Shown: positions 10,014-23,526, counted from the stretch's first letter. The stretch: DNA of 64,000 nucleotides from Burkholderiales bacterium (GCA_036522275.1 DATDGC010000069.1:19721-83720); one strand, 5' to 3'. Notes: a model not told the origin generated them from the sequence alone. Made by a program: numbers and translations.

Positions 10014-10838
10014 TTATTCAGCGTTCAACGCATTATAGACCGCCAGCGTATCCCTGGTCGCTCTCACATCATGCACCCGCACGATTTTCGCTCCTTTCAT
10101 CACCGCGATCAGCGCAGCGGCCGCGCTCGAATAAACCCGCTCGCCGATGTCCCTGCTCGCGATTTTACCCAAAGCCGATTTGCGCGAAAGACCCACCAGC
10201 AGCGGCACGCCGAGCTCCCTGAACTGCTCCAGGTTGCGCAGCAAAACCAGATTGTGCTCCACGGTCTTGCCAAAACCAAAGCCGGGATCAATGACGATGC
10301 GTTCCCGCGCTATCCCTGCCGCAAGCGCCGCTTCGACACGGGAACCCAGAAAAGCCTTGATCTGCGCAACCACGTCATGGTATTGCGGATTTACCTGCAT
10401 GGTCAACGGCTCGCCCTGCTTGTGCATCAGGCATATTGCGGCGTCACTCTTGGCCACGGCCTGCAGCGCGCCGGCTGCGGCCAGGGCATTGACATCGTTG
10501 ATCATGCTCGCGCCGGCGCGCAACGCTTCGCGCATCACTTCCGGTTTCTGGGTATCTGCCGAAAGCGGCGCGTTGACATATTTCAATCCTTCAAGCACCG
10601 GCAGCACCCGCTCAAGCTCCTCATCCAGCGGCACCGGCTGTGATCCGGGGCGGGTGGATTCACCGCCGATATCGAGTATGTCCGCACCCTCCTCAATCAG
10701 GCGCAAGGCATGCGCGATTGTAGCCTCTGTTGTGGCATGCAAGCCGCCGTCGGAGAAAGAATCGGGGGTGACATTGACGATCCCCATGATCAGGGGACGG
10801 GACAAATCGAGCTTGAATTTACCGCAACTAAGATACAT
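10014..10838 (-). CDS. folP: Dihydropteroate synthase
   Basis: Contains [16 protein letters not shown] and [11 protein letters not shown] trimmed the start to ATG 10838 ([22 protein letters not shown]), which gives an N-terminal length like E. coli FolP. The upstream codons are repeat sequence. Confidence 0.92.
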   Translation of the reverse strand: MYLSCGKFKLDLSRPLIMGIVNVTPDSFSDGGLHATTEATIAHALRLIEEGADILDIGGESTRPGSQPVPLDEELERVLPVLEGLKYVNAPLSADTQKPEVMREALRAGASMINDVNALAAAGALQAVAKSDAAICLMHKQGEPLTMQVNPQYHDVVAQIKAFLGSRVEAALAAGIARERIVIDPGFGFGKTVEHNLVLLRNLEQFRELGVPLLVGLSRKSALGKIASRDIGERVYSSAAAALIAVMKGAKIVRVHDVRATRDTLAVYNALNAE

Positions 10839-10890
10839 GTGAGGAGTGAGGCGTGAGGTTCCTCGGCTTTTACACCTCACCCCTCACTCT
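10839..10890. repeat. GTGAGG-heptad hairpin repeat (copy 2)
   Basis: GTGAGGA GTGAGGC GTGAGGT, a spacer, then ACACCTCACCCCTCACTC. The stem is about 16 bp with one mismatch. It occupies all 52 nt between the ftsH stop (10891) and the folP ATG (10838). Confidence 0.8.
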
Positions 10891-12786
10891 TTATGAATTT
10901 CTGGTTTCCTGCGCCGGCTGCGGCTTGGCTGCAGCACCGGAGGAAGTATTGTCCTGCGCCGGTTGTGGCGCCTGCACCGGCTTGGGCGGCCGTGGCGGCT
11001 TGCCTTCCATGATGTCGTTAATCTGGTCGGAATCTATGGTTTCCCACTCCAATAGCGTCTTCGCCATCGCTTCCACCTTGTCGCGGTTTTCCTCGATGAG
11101 CTTGCGCGCCAGCGCGTATTGCTGGTCAACAATGCGGCGTATTTCTGCGTCCACTTTCTGCATTGTCGTTTCAGACACATTCTTGTGCGTGGTGATGGAG
11201 CGGCCGAGGAATACTTCGCCCTCGTTCTCGCCGTAAACCATCGGCCCCAGGGCATCGGACATGCCCCATTGCGTGACCATGCGCCGCGCCAGCTCAGTGG
11301 CGCGTTCGAAGTCATTGGAAGCGCCTGTGGTCATCTGCTTCATGAAAATTTCTTCGGCGATGCGCCCGCCGAACAGCACCGCAATATTTTGCAGGATATG
11401 CTCGCGGTCCATGCTGTAACGGTCTTCTTGTGGAAGCTGCATCGTGACTCCAAGAGCGCGGCCACGAGGAATAATGGTGACCTTGTGCACCGGATCGGTT
11501 TTCGGCAAAAGCTTCGCCACCACCGCATGCCCTGACTCATGGTAAGCGGTGTTGCGGCGCTCGTGCTCCGGCATCACCATGGAGCGGCGTTCCGTGCCCA
11601 TGATGACCTTGTCCTTGGCGCGCTCGAAGTCATCCATGTCCACCAGGCGCTTGTTGAACCGCGCGGCGAACAGCGCCGCTTCGTTTATGAGATTCGCCAG
11701 ATCGGCTCCGGAAAAGCCGGGCGTGCCGCGCGCTAAAATGTCGGCGCGCACGTCGGGCGCAATCGGTACTTTGCGCATATGCACCATTAGAATTTGCTCG
11801 CGGCCGCGGATGTCGGGAAGCGGTACCACCACCTGACGGTCAAAGCGCCCGGGACGCAACAGCGCCGGATCGAGCACATCGGGACGGTTGGTCGCTGCAA
11901 TCACGATCACGCCGACCCCGGTCTCGAATCCGTCCAGCTCCACCAGCAACTGGTTCAGCGTTTGTTCACGCTCGTCGTTGCCGCCGCCCAACCCCGCGCC
12001 GCGTTGGCGGCCCACGGCGTCAATTTCATCAATGAACACGATGCACGGCGCATGTTTTTTCGCCTGCTCGAACATGTCGCGCACCCGCGCCGCACCCACG
12101 CCGACGAACATTTCCACGAAGTCGGAGCCGGAAATGCTGAAGAACGGCACTTTGGCCTCACCAGCGATGGCCCGCGCCAGCAGCGTCTTGCCGGTGCCGG
12201 GATTGCCCACCATCAGCACGCCGCGCGGAATACGCCCGCCGAGTTTCTGGAATTTGCCCGGATCGCGCAGGAAATCCACCAGTTCAGCAACTTCTTCTTT
12301 GGCTTCTTCGCACCCGGCGACATCGGCAAACGTCGCCTGATTGTTCGATTCATCCATCATGCGCGCGCGGCTCTTGCCAAAAGAGAACGCGCCGCCGCGC
12401 CCGCCACCCTGCATCTGGCGCATGAAGAACACCCACACGCCGATCAAAAGCAGCATCGGGAACCAGGAAACGAAAATATTCACCAGCAGCGAAGGCTCTT
12501 CATCCGGCTTGGCCTCGATGATAACGCCGTTTTTCAAGAGGTCGCTCACCAGCCAGGGGTCGGAAGGCGAATAGGTAACAAAGCGCTTGCCGTCGGTCTT
12601 GACTCCCTTGAGGGTGCGGCCCTCAATGGTGACTTTGGCGATGTGGCCCTGCTTCACCTCATCTATGAATTGCGAATACTCAATCGGCGCCTGCACGGAC
12701 TGCCGCGCGCTGAACTGGTTGAACACCGTCATGAGTACCAGGGCAATCACCAGCCAGACCGCCATGTTTTTCACTAAATTATTCAA
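10891..12786 (-). CDS. ftsH: ATP-dependent zinc metalloprotease FtsH
   Basis: 631-aa ORF with Walker A GNPGTGKT, the second region of homology, and the zinc-binding motif HESGHAV. Confidence 0.96.
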   Translation of the reverse strand: MNNLVKNMAVWLVIALVLMTVFNQFSARQSVQAPIEYSQFIDEVKQGHIAKVTIEGRTLKGVKTDGKRFVTYSPSDPWLVSDLLKNGVIIEAKPDEEPSLLVNIFVSWFPMLLLIGVWVFFMRQMQGGGRGGAFSFGKSRARMMDESNNQATFADVAGCEEAKEEVAELVDFLRDPGKFQKLGGRIPRGVLMVGNPGTGKTLLARAIAGEAKVPFFSISGSDFVEMFVGVGAARVRDMFEQAKKHAPCIVFIDEIDAVGRQRGAGLGGGNDEREQTLNQLLVELDGFETGVGVIVIAATNRPDVLDPALLRPGRFDRQVVVPLPDIRGREQILMVHMRKVPIAPDVRADILARGTPGFSGADLANLINEAALFAARFNKRLVDMDDFERAKDKVIMGTERRSMVMPEHERRNTAYHESGHAVVAKLLPKTDPVHKVTIIPRGRALGVTMQLPQEDRYSMDREHILQNIAVLFGGRIAEEIFMKQMTTGASNDFERATELARRMVTQWGMSDALGPMVYGENEGEVFLGRSITTHKNVSETTMQKVDAEIRRIVDQQYALARKLIEENRDKVEAMAKTLLEWETIDSDQINDIMEGKPPRPPKPVQAPQPAQDNTSSGAAAKPQPAQETRNS

Positions 12787-12845
12787 ATTTGCTCCTAAAC
12801 GCCCAGAAAACGGGAAAAGTCATAAACTCATTCTATCCTTATTTA

Positions 12846-13487
12846 TCACCTTGTGTCAGCCTGTTTAAGCTGCCGCAAGCCCTTGCCCAGCAAGTAAATC
12901 TCGCTGCTTCTTCCGCGCGAGGCCCCTGGCTTGCGCGATATCACTTCTTTGAAGCGGCTGCGCATGGCTTTCAAGAAATCTTCAAAATCTTCGCCTTGAA
13001 ATACTTTGACCAGCAGCCTGCCTTGTGGTTTCAGCACTTGAGAGGAAAACTCAAGCGCGAACTCAGCAAGCTCCATGGCCTGTGCCTGATCGCGGCTCGC
13101 TACTCCGCTGATATTGGGCGACATGTCGCAAATTACAAGATCCGCGGCTTTTCCCTGAAGCTTGCTGCGCAATTCCCTTAAGACAGTGTCTTCGCGGAAA
13201 TCCCCGCAAATGAAATCCACTCCGGCAATCGGCTGCATTTGCAGGACATCCAGCGCGATGACTTTGCCGCGCGCGCCCACCTTTTTGGCAGTCACTTGCG
13301 ACCAGCCCCCCGGCGCGGCACCCAAGTCAACCACCGTCATGCCCGGTGCCAACAGCCGGTCACGCTCATCAATTTCCAGTAGCTTGAACGCGGCGCGCGA
13401 GCGGAATCCCTGCTGTTTCGCGCTTTTGACATAAAAATCGTTGACGTGCTCGCGCATCCAGGAATTGCTGGTTTTAGAATGTTTCAT
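12846..13487 (-). CDS. rlmE: 23S rRNA (uridine2552-2'-O)-methyltransferase RlmE/FtsJ
   Basis: Contains FRSRAAFKLLEIDE and VVDLGAAPGGWSQ, and lies upstream of ftsH. I trimmed the start to ATG 13487 (MKHSKTSNSWMREH) because the 68 upstream codons of ORF 12846..13691 lie in a repeat element. Confidence 0.9.
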   Translation of the reverse strand: MKHSKTSNSWMREHVNDFYVKSAKQQGFRSRAAFKLLEIDERDRLLAPGMTVVDLGAAPGGWSQVTAKKVGARGKVIALDVLQMQPIAGVDFICGDFREDTVLRELRSKLQGKAADLVICDMSPNISGVASRDQAQAMELAEFALEFSSQVLKPQGRLLVKVFQGEDFEDFLKAMRSRFKEVISRKPGASRGRSSEIYLLGKGLRQLKQADTR

Positions 13488-13490
13488 TAG

Positions 13491-13766
13491 GGAACCTCTG
13501 ATTAAGTCCTCCGCGGAGCGCGTTTCTGGCGCAATGCGGATGATTGCAAGGCGCGCGACGAAGGTGCCTAGCCGTAGCTTAAGCACGAGGAGCGCAACGA
13601 CGCAAGTGCCGCATTGCGCCGAAACCCGGATGGGACGCGGCTTATCGGGCGATCTGCTTTGTCGCTCGGGTTGCGAAGGGGGGTCAACCATTCGCTGCGC
13701 CTTGCTTCGCGCATCTCATCCCGAAAAGCCAGCGTCGCGCCCTCGTGGGACTTAATCAGAGGTCCC
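13491..13766. repeat. About 276-bp mosaic nested-hairpin element (MITE-like) immediately upstream of rlmE
   Basis: Terminal inverted repeats are GGAACCTCTGATTAAGTCC (13491-13509) and GGACTTAATCAGAGGTCCC (13748-13766). An internal 12-bp stem pairs GGCGCAATGCGG with CCGCATTGCGCC. The motif order is the same as in 3055-3326. Confidence 0.8.
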
Positions 13767-13827
13767 TTAGGTGGACTTCAGGCGCGGAGACCCCTCAAAT
13801 GCACGTCCCCGCATCAGCAGATAAACC

Positions 13828-14289
13828 TTACGGAGCGGCGGTTTGCTGCTGCACCACCAGCACCAAGCCGAGCACACTTTGTACCACGTAGAGCGCGCTG
13901 GAAACACCGTGCCAGGCGGCAAAACGGTCCTGCAACACACCTTCCACGACTGCCCTGGGCAGCGCCTGATGTTTCACAGCTTCCAGTATTGGCTGCGCTC
14001 CGAAATGACCCAGCAGCGTTATCAGCAACATCACCAGCACTATCCAGAAAAAAGACTGCCGGAACGAAATGACGCCTTGTCTGATCAGGCGAAACAACAG
14101 GAGATAAGTCCCGCAACCCATTCCGATGTAGGCCACCACGGCAAACATTTTCCCGGCAAGCATGCCGGCAAGGGCGTGGTCTTCGAGCGTGACAAAGAGA
14201 AGCGGCGCGGCGATATACCCAATCGCCCACAACGCGCCGATCCACAAGGTCACTGCAAACCAGTGCAGGCTGTCGGCAAGATCTTCCAT
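13828..14289 (-). CDS. DUF4149-like (TMEM205-like) integral membrane protein
   Basis: 153-aa ORF with four hydrophobic segments. The family assignment is from memory of proteins found next to greA in betaproteobacteria. Confidence 0.6.
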   Translation of the reverse strand: MEDLADSLHWFAVTLWIGALWAIGYIAAPLLFVTLEDHALAGMLAGKMFAVVAYIGMGCGTYLLLFRLIRQGVISFRQSFFWIVLVMLLITLLGHFGAQPILEAVKHQALPRAVVEGVLQDRFAAWHGVSSALYVVQSVLGLVLVVQQQTAAP

Positions 14290-14297
14290 AAACCCTA

Positions 14298-14777
14298 TTA
14301 TATATACTTTACATCCAAAATTTCATACTGGCGCGTTCCGCTGGGCGCTTGAACGTCGGCGACATCGCCGGGATATTTGCCGATCAGGGCCCGGGCTATG
14401 GGCGAACTGATGGAAATTTTCCCCTGCTTGATGTCCGCTTCGTCGTCGCCAACGATCTGATAAGTGAAGGTCTCTCCGCTGTCCAGGTCTTCAAGTTCCA
14501 CCGTGGCGCCGAAGACGGCACAGCCATCCGCGTCCAGGAGTTCCGGATTGATGATCTGGGCGTTGGAGAGCTTTGCTTCCAGCTCGGCGATGCGTCCTTC
14601 GATGAAGCTTTGCCGTTCCTTGGCGGCATGATACTCGGCGTTTTCGGCAAGATCCCCATGTGTACGCGCCTCAGCGATCGCGGCTATCACGGCCGGCCGC
14701 TGCACGGTCTTGAGTTGCTGCAATTCGCCACGCAACCGTTCGGCTCCGTTCACAGTCAATGGAATTTTGCTCATCAT
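14298..14777 (-). CDS. greA: Transcription elongation factor GreA
   Basis: 159-aa ORF containing [17 protein letters not shown] and [14 protein letters not shown]. Confidence 0.95.
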   Translation of the reverse strand: MMSKIPLTVNGAERLRGELQQLKTVQRPAVIAAIAEARTHGDLAENAEYHAAKERQSFIEGRIAELEAKLSNAQIINPELLDADGCAVFGATVELEDLDSGETFTYQIVGDDEADIKQGKISISSPIARALIGKYPGDVADVQAPSGTRQYEILDVKYI

Positions 14778-14857
14778 GCTGTCCCTAGTTTTGCATTCGC
14801 CGATTGGGATAAGTTATCACCTATTTTATATCGGTATCGTGAGAAAAAATAAATACG

Positions 14858-18070
<3,213 letters not shown>

Positions 18071-18076
18071 CTTTTT

Positions 18077-18158
18077 AAACCGCCGATAAACGCCGATGAG
18101 CGCCGATATCGGACTGAGCGGTTTTCAATCTGCGTTTATTTGCGTTCATCTGCGGTTT
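18077..18158. repeat. Word-hairpin repeat with 10-nt words (CGCCGATRAR type) spanning the carA stop codon
   Basis: The left arm is AAACCGCCGATAAACGCCGATGAGCGCCGAT. The right arm is ATCTGCGTTTATTTGCGTTCATCTGCGGTTT. 24 of 31 positions are complementary. The right arm (18136-18158) encodes the last CarA residues ETADERK and the stop. Confidence 0.75.
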
Positions 18159-19290
18159 CAACTTTTTTCTGTTGCATCAACTGGATGAAGCGATCAAATA
18201 AAGGATACATGTCGTGCGGCCCGGGGCTCGCCTCGGGGTGCCCCTGGAAGCAGAATGCCGGCTTGTCGGTGCGCGCAAATCCCTGCAGGCTGCCGTCGAA
18301 CAGAGACACATGGGTGACGCGCAGGTTTTGCGGCAAGGTCGCTGCATCGACCGCGAAGCCGTGGTTTTGGCTGGTAATCATGACGCGCCCGCTATCCACA
18401 TCCAACACCGGATGGTTCGCGCCGTGATGGCCGAATTTCATTTTCACCGTCTTCGCCCCGCTGGCCAGCGCCAGCAACTGGTGGCCAAGGCAGATACCAA
18501 AAATGGGAATGCCAGTATCGAGGAATTCGCTGATAGCTTTGACAGCGTAATCGCAAGGCTCGGGATCGCCCGGCCCATTGGAAAGAAAAATCCCGTCCGG
18601 CTTTATCACCAAAGCATCGCGGGCGCTGGTCTGCGCCGGAAGCACGGTGACGTGGCAGCCAAGTGCAGACAGTTTTCTCAATATGTTTTTCTTGATACCG
18701 TAATCATAGGCGGCGACATGATACTTCGGCGCTTGCAACTTGCTGTAACCCTGGCCAAGACTCCATTCGCCTTCATTCCAGGTATACGGCCGCTTGCAGC
18801 TCACGACTTTGGCAAGATCCATTCCGGCAAGGCCGGGAAAAGCGCGCGCTTGTTTGAGCCCCTCCTGTTCATCCACCTTGCCGGCCATGATGCAGCCGTT
18901 TTGCGCTCCTTTTTCGCGCAGGATGCGGGTGAGCTTGCGCGTATCTATCCCGGCGATCGCCACCACGCCCTGGCTGTTGAGATACTCAGGAAAAGTTTGC
19001 GTTTCGCGCCAGCTGCCGGAGGCCGGCGGCAGATCGCGGATCACCAGGCCGCTGGCAAATACGCGTTGCGACTCGGTATCTTCGGGATTAACCCCGGTAT
19101 TGCCGATATGCGGGTAAGTCAGCGTGATAATCTGTTTGCAGTAGGAAGGATCGGTGAGGATTTCCTGATAACCGGTCATCGCAGTATTGAAGACCACTTC
19201 ACCAACAGCGGCGCCATCGCAGCCTATCGCCGTGCCGCGAAAAATGGTGCCATCTGCGAGCGCGAGGATGGCAGGCTTCCGTTGCGGCAC
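18136..19290 (-). CDS. carA: Carbamoyl-phosphate synthase small subunit
   Basis: Contains the glutamine amidotransferase motif [10 protein letters not shown] set the start at GTG 19290, which is preceded by GGAG and a 6-nt spacer. The ORF-track start at 19344 adds 18 unlikely residues. Confidence 0.93.
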   Translation of the reverse strand: MPQRKPAILALADGTIFRGTAIGCDGAAVGEVVFNTAMTGYQEILTDPSYCKQIITLTYPHIGNTGVNPEDTESQRVFASGLVIRDLPPASGSWRETQTFPEYLNSQGVVAIAGIDTRKLTRILREKGAQNGCIMAGKVDEQEGLKQARAFPGLAGMDLAKVVSCKRPYTWNEGEWSLGQGYSKLQAPKYHVAAYDYGIKKNILRKLSALGCHVTVLPAQTSARDALVIKPDGIFLSNGPGDPEPCDYAVKAISEFLDTGIPIFGICLGHQLLALASGAKTVKMKFGHHGANHPVLDVDSGRVMITSQNHGFAVDAATLPQNLRVTHVSLFDGSLQGFARTDKPAFCFQGHPEASPGPHDMYPLFDRFIQLMQQKKVETADERK

Positions 19291-19363
19291 AAAAAACTCC
19301 CTACGGCAGGTGGATATACAAAGCGGGACGGGCTTTGCGCCCATCCCGCTCTGAAGCTAAAAA

Positions 19364-19392
19364 ATTATACTCTATTGTCGACTGGCAATCAA
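19364..19392 (-). promoter_or_regulatory. Candidate sigma70 promoter for carAB
   Basis: On the minus strand the sequence reads TTGATT, a 17-nt spacer, then TATAAT. It lies about 75 nt upstream of the carA GTG. Confidence 0.55.
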
Positions 19393-19539
19393 CGCAGACT
19401 GCTAACGAAGGCCCCTGCCACAACACGTTTAGAAAGAGCAGAAGAAGGGCAACAAGTACTTCTCCGAATTAAAGTCACTCCTTGCGGCAGTCTGACCCCG
19501 TCCCCGCCCCAACGCTTCGCGCGCCGTGGGCCGGTGCCT

Positions 19540-20393
<854 letters not shown>

Positions 20394-20409
20394 TTATTTT
20401 CAGGCGGCC

Positions 20410-21789
20410 TTACGGTTTCGCCGCTTCGGGTTTGGCCGTCCCTGGTTTTGCGTCGTTGCCCGCCTGCGTAGTCTGCTCTTCTTTACTCACTGGCGTAGTG
20501 GATACCTCCACTTCATCGCCGCCCACTCCGATCAAGCGCTTAAAGCGCTGCCACGAGCTGCCCTGTGCGCCGCTGCTTGTTACAGTTTCGCCCGGCTCTA
20601 TGTCCTCAGCAGCAGCCTTTTTCTCTCTATCCTTATCCTTGTCATCCTCAAGACCCAGAATCTGTCTCATAACCTTCATGAAGGACAAACTGCTGATTTT
20701 GGGAATGCTGGTATTGACCTCTGTAGTCACGGGCGGCGCCGGATCATCGCCTGCTTTTTCCTTGAAACCGATTAAGCGCGTAAAGCGCTCGCCGACGCTG
20801 CGCTTGGGCGGAGGGCTGCGATCGGCGGTCATCACCGTATTGGTGGGAGGTTCCTCTTCCTGCTGCGGTTCGGGTTGCGCCTCAGGTTTTTCTTCGAATT
20901 TCGCCTGCTGTGTTTCGTCCTCCTTGCCAAAGCCAAACAATCGCATGAAGCGCTCGCCGAAGCTCCTCTTAGGTTGTTCCGCTTGGACTTGTTCGGTTAT
21001 CGGCTTAGCCGCCACCACCGCCTCAGGTTTTTCTTCGACTTTCGCCTGCTGCGTTTCGTCCTTCTTGCCAAAGCCAAACAACCGCGAGAACCGCTCGCCG
21101 AAGCTCCTCTTGGGTTGTTCCGCTTGGACTTGTTCGGTTATCGGCTTAGCCGCCACCACCACAGGAGGCGGGGTTGGCGGGGCAGCTTCGAAACCATTGT
21201 CCAGCTTCAAATCCAGCGCGGCCGGGTTAGCCGCCTCCATCGCAGGCGGGGTTGGCGGCGCAACTTCGAGATCACCACCCAGCTTCAAATCCAGCGCGCC
21301 CGGGTTGGCCGCCTCTACCGCAGGCGGGGTTGGCGGCGCAGCTTCAAGATCGCTCTCCAGCTGCTTCAAATCCAGCAAGGGCGGATTAGCCCGACGAGGT
21401 TGTTCTGGAGCCAGTGCCAAAGCGGGAACAGCTTTCGGCGCGGTGGATTTCGTGCCTGCCACATTATCGCTCGGCGGAAGCGCAGTGCCCTCCACCGTTT
21501 TCAGCTTGTCGCCTTCAAACACCACCGTGAGCCTGCTGTGCTCGATGAGTTCGCCATCTTTCCTGAAACGATAAACGTAATCCCAGCGGTCGGTGTGAAA
21601 CGGATCCGAAATCAGCGGCGTGCCGAGCGCAAAACGCACCTGGGATTTGGTCATCCCGGGTTTAACCTTGCCCAGCATGTCCTCGGTCACTACGTTGCCC
21701 TGCTGCACATCCATTATGTGAGGGGTGTACAGAACACTGGGCGAGCAGGCCGTCAAGGATAAAACGAGGAATACAAACCTAAAACGCAT
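20410..21789 (-). CDS. bamE: BamE (SmpA/OmlA) outer-membrane lipoprotein with a 350-aa repetitive C-terminal extension
   Basis: The signal peptide carries the lipobox LTAC. The BamE-like domain reads QQGNVVTEDMLGKVKPGMTKSQVRFALGTPLISDPFHTDRWDYVY. It is followed by Pro/Ala/Glu-rich tandem repeats. The gene is divergent from fur, as in other betaproteobacteria. Confidence 0.8.
   Translation of the reverse strand: MRFRFVFLVLSLTACSPSVLYTPHIMDVQQGNVVTEDMLGKVKPGMTKSQVRFALGTPLISDPFHTDRWDYVYRFRKDGELIEHSRLTVVFEGDKLKTVEGTALPPSDNVAGTKSTAPKAVPALALAPEQPRRANPPLLDLKQLESDLEAAPPTPPAVEAANPGALDLKLGGDLEVAPPTPPAMEAANPAALDLKLDNGFEAAPPTPPPVVVAAKPITEQVQAEQPKRSFGERFSRLFGFGKKDETQQAKVEEKPEAVVAAKPITEQVQAEQPKRSFGERFMRLFGFGKEDETQQAKFEEKPEAQPEPQQEEEPPTNTVMTADRSPPPKRSVGERFTRLIGFKEKAGDDPAPPVTTEVNTSIPKISSLSFMKVMRQILGLEDDKDKDREKKAAAEDIEPGETVTSSGAQGSSWQRFKRLIGVGGDEVEVSTTPVSKEEQTTQAGNDAKPGTAKPEAAKP
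20881..21162. repeat. 2 x 141-bp tandem repeat inside bamE
   Basis: Unit 1 is 20881-21021 and unit 2 is 21022-21162. They are nearly identical, and each encodes 47 aa containing KRSFGERF(S/M)RLFGFGK. Confidence 0.85.
21162..21384. repeat. About 2.8 x 78-bp tandem repeat inside bamE
   Basis: The unit CAGGCGGGGTTGGCGGCGCA..CAGCTTCAAATCCAGCGCG..CCGCCTC repeats. Each unit encodes EAAPPTPPA-EAANP-ALDLKL. Confidence 0.8.
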
Positions 21790-21823
21790 GACAAATTTAC
21801 CGTTTTGCCTTGAAACACTATAT

Positions 21824-21842
21824 GATAACCCAGATTATTATC
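21824..21842. promoter_or_regulatory. Candidate Fur box in the bamE/fur divergent spacer
   Basis: GATAACCCAGATTATTATC matches 13 of 19 positions of the GATAATGATAATCATTATC consensus. It lies 17 nt upstream of the fur ATG. Confidence 0.4.
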
Positions 21843-21858
21843 AACCGTCAGAGCGATC

Positions 21859-22284
21859 ATGAGCTCACCGAGCGATCTCAAGACCATCGGGCTCAAGGCA
21901 ACGCTGCCGCGCCTCAAAATCCTCAATTTGTTCGAAAACAGCCCGGTACGCCATTTGGCCGCAGAGGATGTCTATAAAGTTCTCATCAATGAGGGCATGG
22001 ACATCGGGCTGGCCACGGTTTACCGCGTGCTCACCCAATTCGCGCAGGCAGGGTTATTAATACGCCACCATTTTGAAAGCGGCAAGGCGGTATTTGAATT
22101 AAACCAGGGCGGGCATCACGATCACCTGGTATGCATGCAATGCGGGCGGGTGGAAGAGTTTGTCGACCAGGAAATAGAGCGCCGCCAGATTAAAATCGCC
22201 AAGGAGCGCGGCTTCACGATTCACGAGCATTCGCTTCACATCTACGCCGACTGCACCAAACCGAACTGCCCACACAAAACTTAA
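21859..22284 (+). CDS. fur: Ferric uptake regulator
   Basis: 141-aa ORF containing [22 protein letters not shown] and CGRVEEF. Confidence 0.95.
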   Translation: MSSPSDLKTIGLKATLPRLKILNLFENSPVRHLAAEDVYKVLINEGMDIGLATVYRVLTQFAQAGLLIRHHFESGKAVFELNQGGHHDHLVCMQCGRVEEFVDQEIERRQIKIAKERGFTIHEHSLHIYADCTKPNCPHKT

Positions 22285-22657
22285 GGCCGGTGGCAGACCG
22301 GCGGCTGGTTACTTTTTCTTGCCTCACCAAGAAAAAGTAACCAAAAAGAAGGCGACCCCGGTTCGCCGCCCCTTCGACAAGCTCAGGGGTTCCCGGCGTT
22401 CCCCAGCCAAACCGGGCGCTGCGCAACTCGCGCTTCGCGCTCAGACAGTGCGAGCTCCGCGCCCCGGACTCGGACTCGCGCAGCGTGGAGCGGGAAGGGG
22501 CGCATGCTGCCGCAAGAGACACTGTGAAACGGGGCGCTAGTGCTGCCGCTCCCGCACCCCAAGCTTCGCTGACCGTGTCGCGGCAGCCCCCCTTTTTGGC
22601 CTTGTCACTTGGCGGCTCACAGGGGGTATCAAGCACACAAGTTGCCGAAAATTATTC
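22285..22657 (+). repeat. About 370-bp modular repeat, copy A
   Basis: It shares ordered modules with 25494-25857. These include a 15-bp-stem hairpin GGTTACTTTTTCTTG-CCTCAC-CAAGAAAAAGTAACC and a near-identical 60-nt 3' module GGCCTTGTCACTTGGCGGCTCACAG..CACAAGTTGCCGAAAATTATT (22598-22657). Confidence 0.8.
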
Positions 22658-22807
22658 CTACTCCCAACCCAATTGCCCTTCTCCTCTATTCCTACTGTGA
22701 ATCCACTTTAATTAGCTCAATATATCCGTAGGCCCCCGTGTTACCTAAACGGGGCCATCCGAAAGCAGGATCTAAGATCATCTCATAGATTGGAAGGCGA
22801 CGCATAA

Positions 22808-23191
22808 ATGAAACGGAAAAACTGGTCCATCGTTCTGAAATTGATTTGTCTGTTGCTCGTAGGAAGAGCGGCACATGCGGATATCGGAAATGGGCAAATA
22901 TATGTCGCTTTTGATCGAGGCCAGGATACCTGCGGACAATTCATTGAGGCTCGTCGATTCAATCAGCAGGAAAGCGCGACCTATGCCATATGGCTAGCTG
23001 GTTACATTACCGCCTACAACCACTTCAAGCCTGACACGTCCGATCTTCTCAATTCTTCGAACCCCAATCCTGCTCCCATGGCGGGGCCGATAGCTTGGAT
23101 AAAACGATATTGCCTAGACCATCCAATGTCTAGTTTTATTCAGGCTGTAGATCAATTTACCGACATGCAATATCCGAATCGAAGAAAATAG
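22808..23191 (+). CDS. Secreted small protein with a conserved Cys pair, possibly HdeA-like
   Basis: Signal peptide MKRKNWSIVLKLICLLLVGRAAHA. The spacing TCGQFIE .. WLAGY .. YCLDHPMSSF resembles that of HdeA-family periplasmic proteins, as I remember them. RBS GGAAGG. Lies in low-GC context. Confidence 0.55.
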   Translation: MKRKNWSIVLKLICLLLVGRAAHADIGNGQIYVAFDRGQDTCGQFIEARRFNQQESATYAIWLAGYITAYNHFKPDTSDLLNSSNPNPAPMAGPIAWIKRYCLDHPMSSFIQAVDQFTDMQYPNRRK

Positions 23192-23248
23192 CAACCGGAC
23201 AGCCATGGGCAAACAATAACTCTACCGATAGGACTTATTTGAGGTTCC

Positions 23249-23434
23249 ATGCAATCCTTTATATGCAAGAAGTGCAGCAAGAAATCCAAGGTGAAGGGAA
23301 TTGAGCAGAACGATGGAAAAGCATTTGTTGTCTGTGAGCACTGCAGTGAAAAAAACAAATTACACCAGTTACCGACATGTCTAGGAGCCCCACTTCAGTT
23401 TGAGATAATAAGCCTCATCGAAGACGATCATTAG
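23249..23434 (+). CDS. 61-aa zinc-ribbon protein (CxxC-N19-CxxC)
   Basis: The sequence is FICKKCSKK...VVCEHCSEKN. The RBS GAGG sits 5 nt upstream. Low-GC context. No family recognised. Confidence 0.45.
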   Translation: MQSFICKKCSKKSKVKGIEQNDGKAFVVCEHCSEKNKLHQLPTCLGAPLQFEIISLIEDDH

Positions 23435-23526
23435 CATAACAGCACAACTGTATTGATTCCGACCATTCCCTATCAATTACCCTAACGTTTCATTACGGTA
23501 ATTGAACGAGATAAAACATAGCTCCA

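Noticed and set aside
10839-10880. N-terminal extensions offered by the ORF track for folP, rlmE, nadK, recN, trpA, metZ, nuoF, dnaJ, nuoB and leuB
   Set aside because: The extra codons run into repeat elements or upstream genes. Internal ATGs reproduce the conserved N-termini of each family, so the shorter forms are reported.
11794-12777. 327-aa ORF antisense to ftsH
   Set aside because: It is a shadow ORF inside a highly conserved gene and has no independent signals.
13441-14072. ORFs 13441-13755 and 13614-14072 (plus strand) upstream of rlmE; I also looked here for the yhbY gene that is usually divergent from rlmE
   Set aside because: Both ORFs run through the mosaic hairpin element. Neither shows YhbY/CRS1 motifs. 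yhbY seems simply absent from this locus, which is an observation rather than a feature.
22214-22636. ORFs inside repeat copy A (22214-22636 minus, 22319-22540 plus) and copy B (25176-25784 plus, 25673-25927 plus)
   Set aside because: They overlap the modular repeats. Their translations (for example ..PFDKLRGSRRSPAKPGAAQLALRAQTV..) are the sort of spurious peptides such repeats yield. The two repeat copies do not preserve a reading frame.
22598-22657. A sigma54 -24/-12-like string (AGCAC-N5-TTGC) in the conserved 60-nt module
   Set aside because: The obligatory GG of the -24 element is missing in both copies (AAGCAC and GAACAC).
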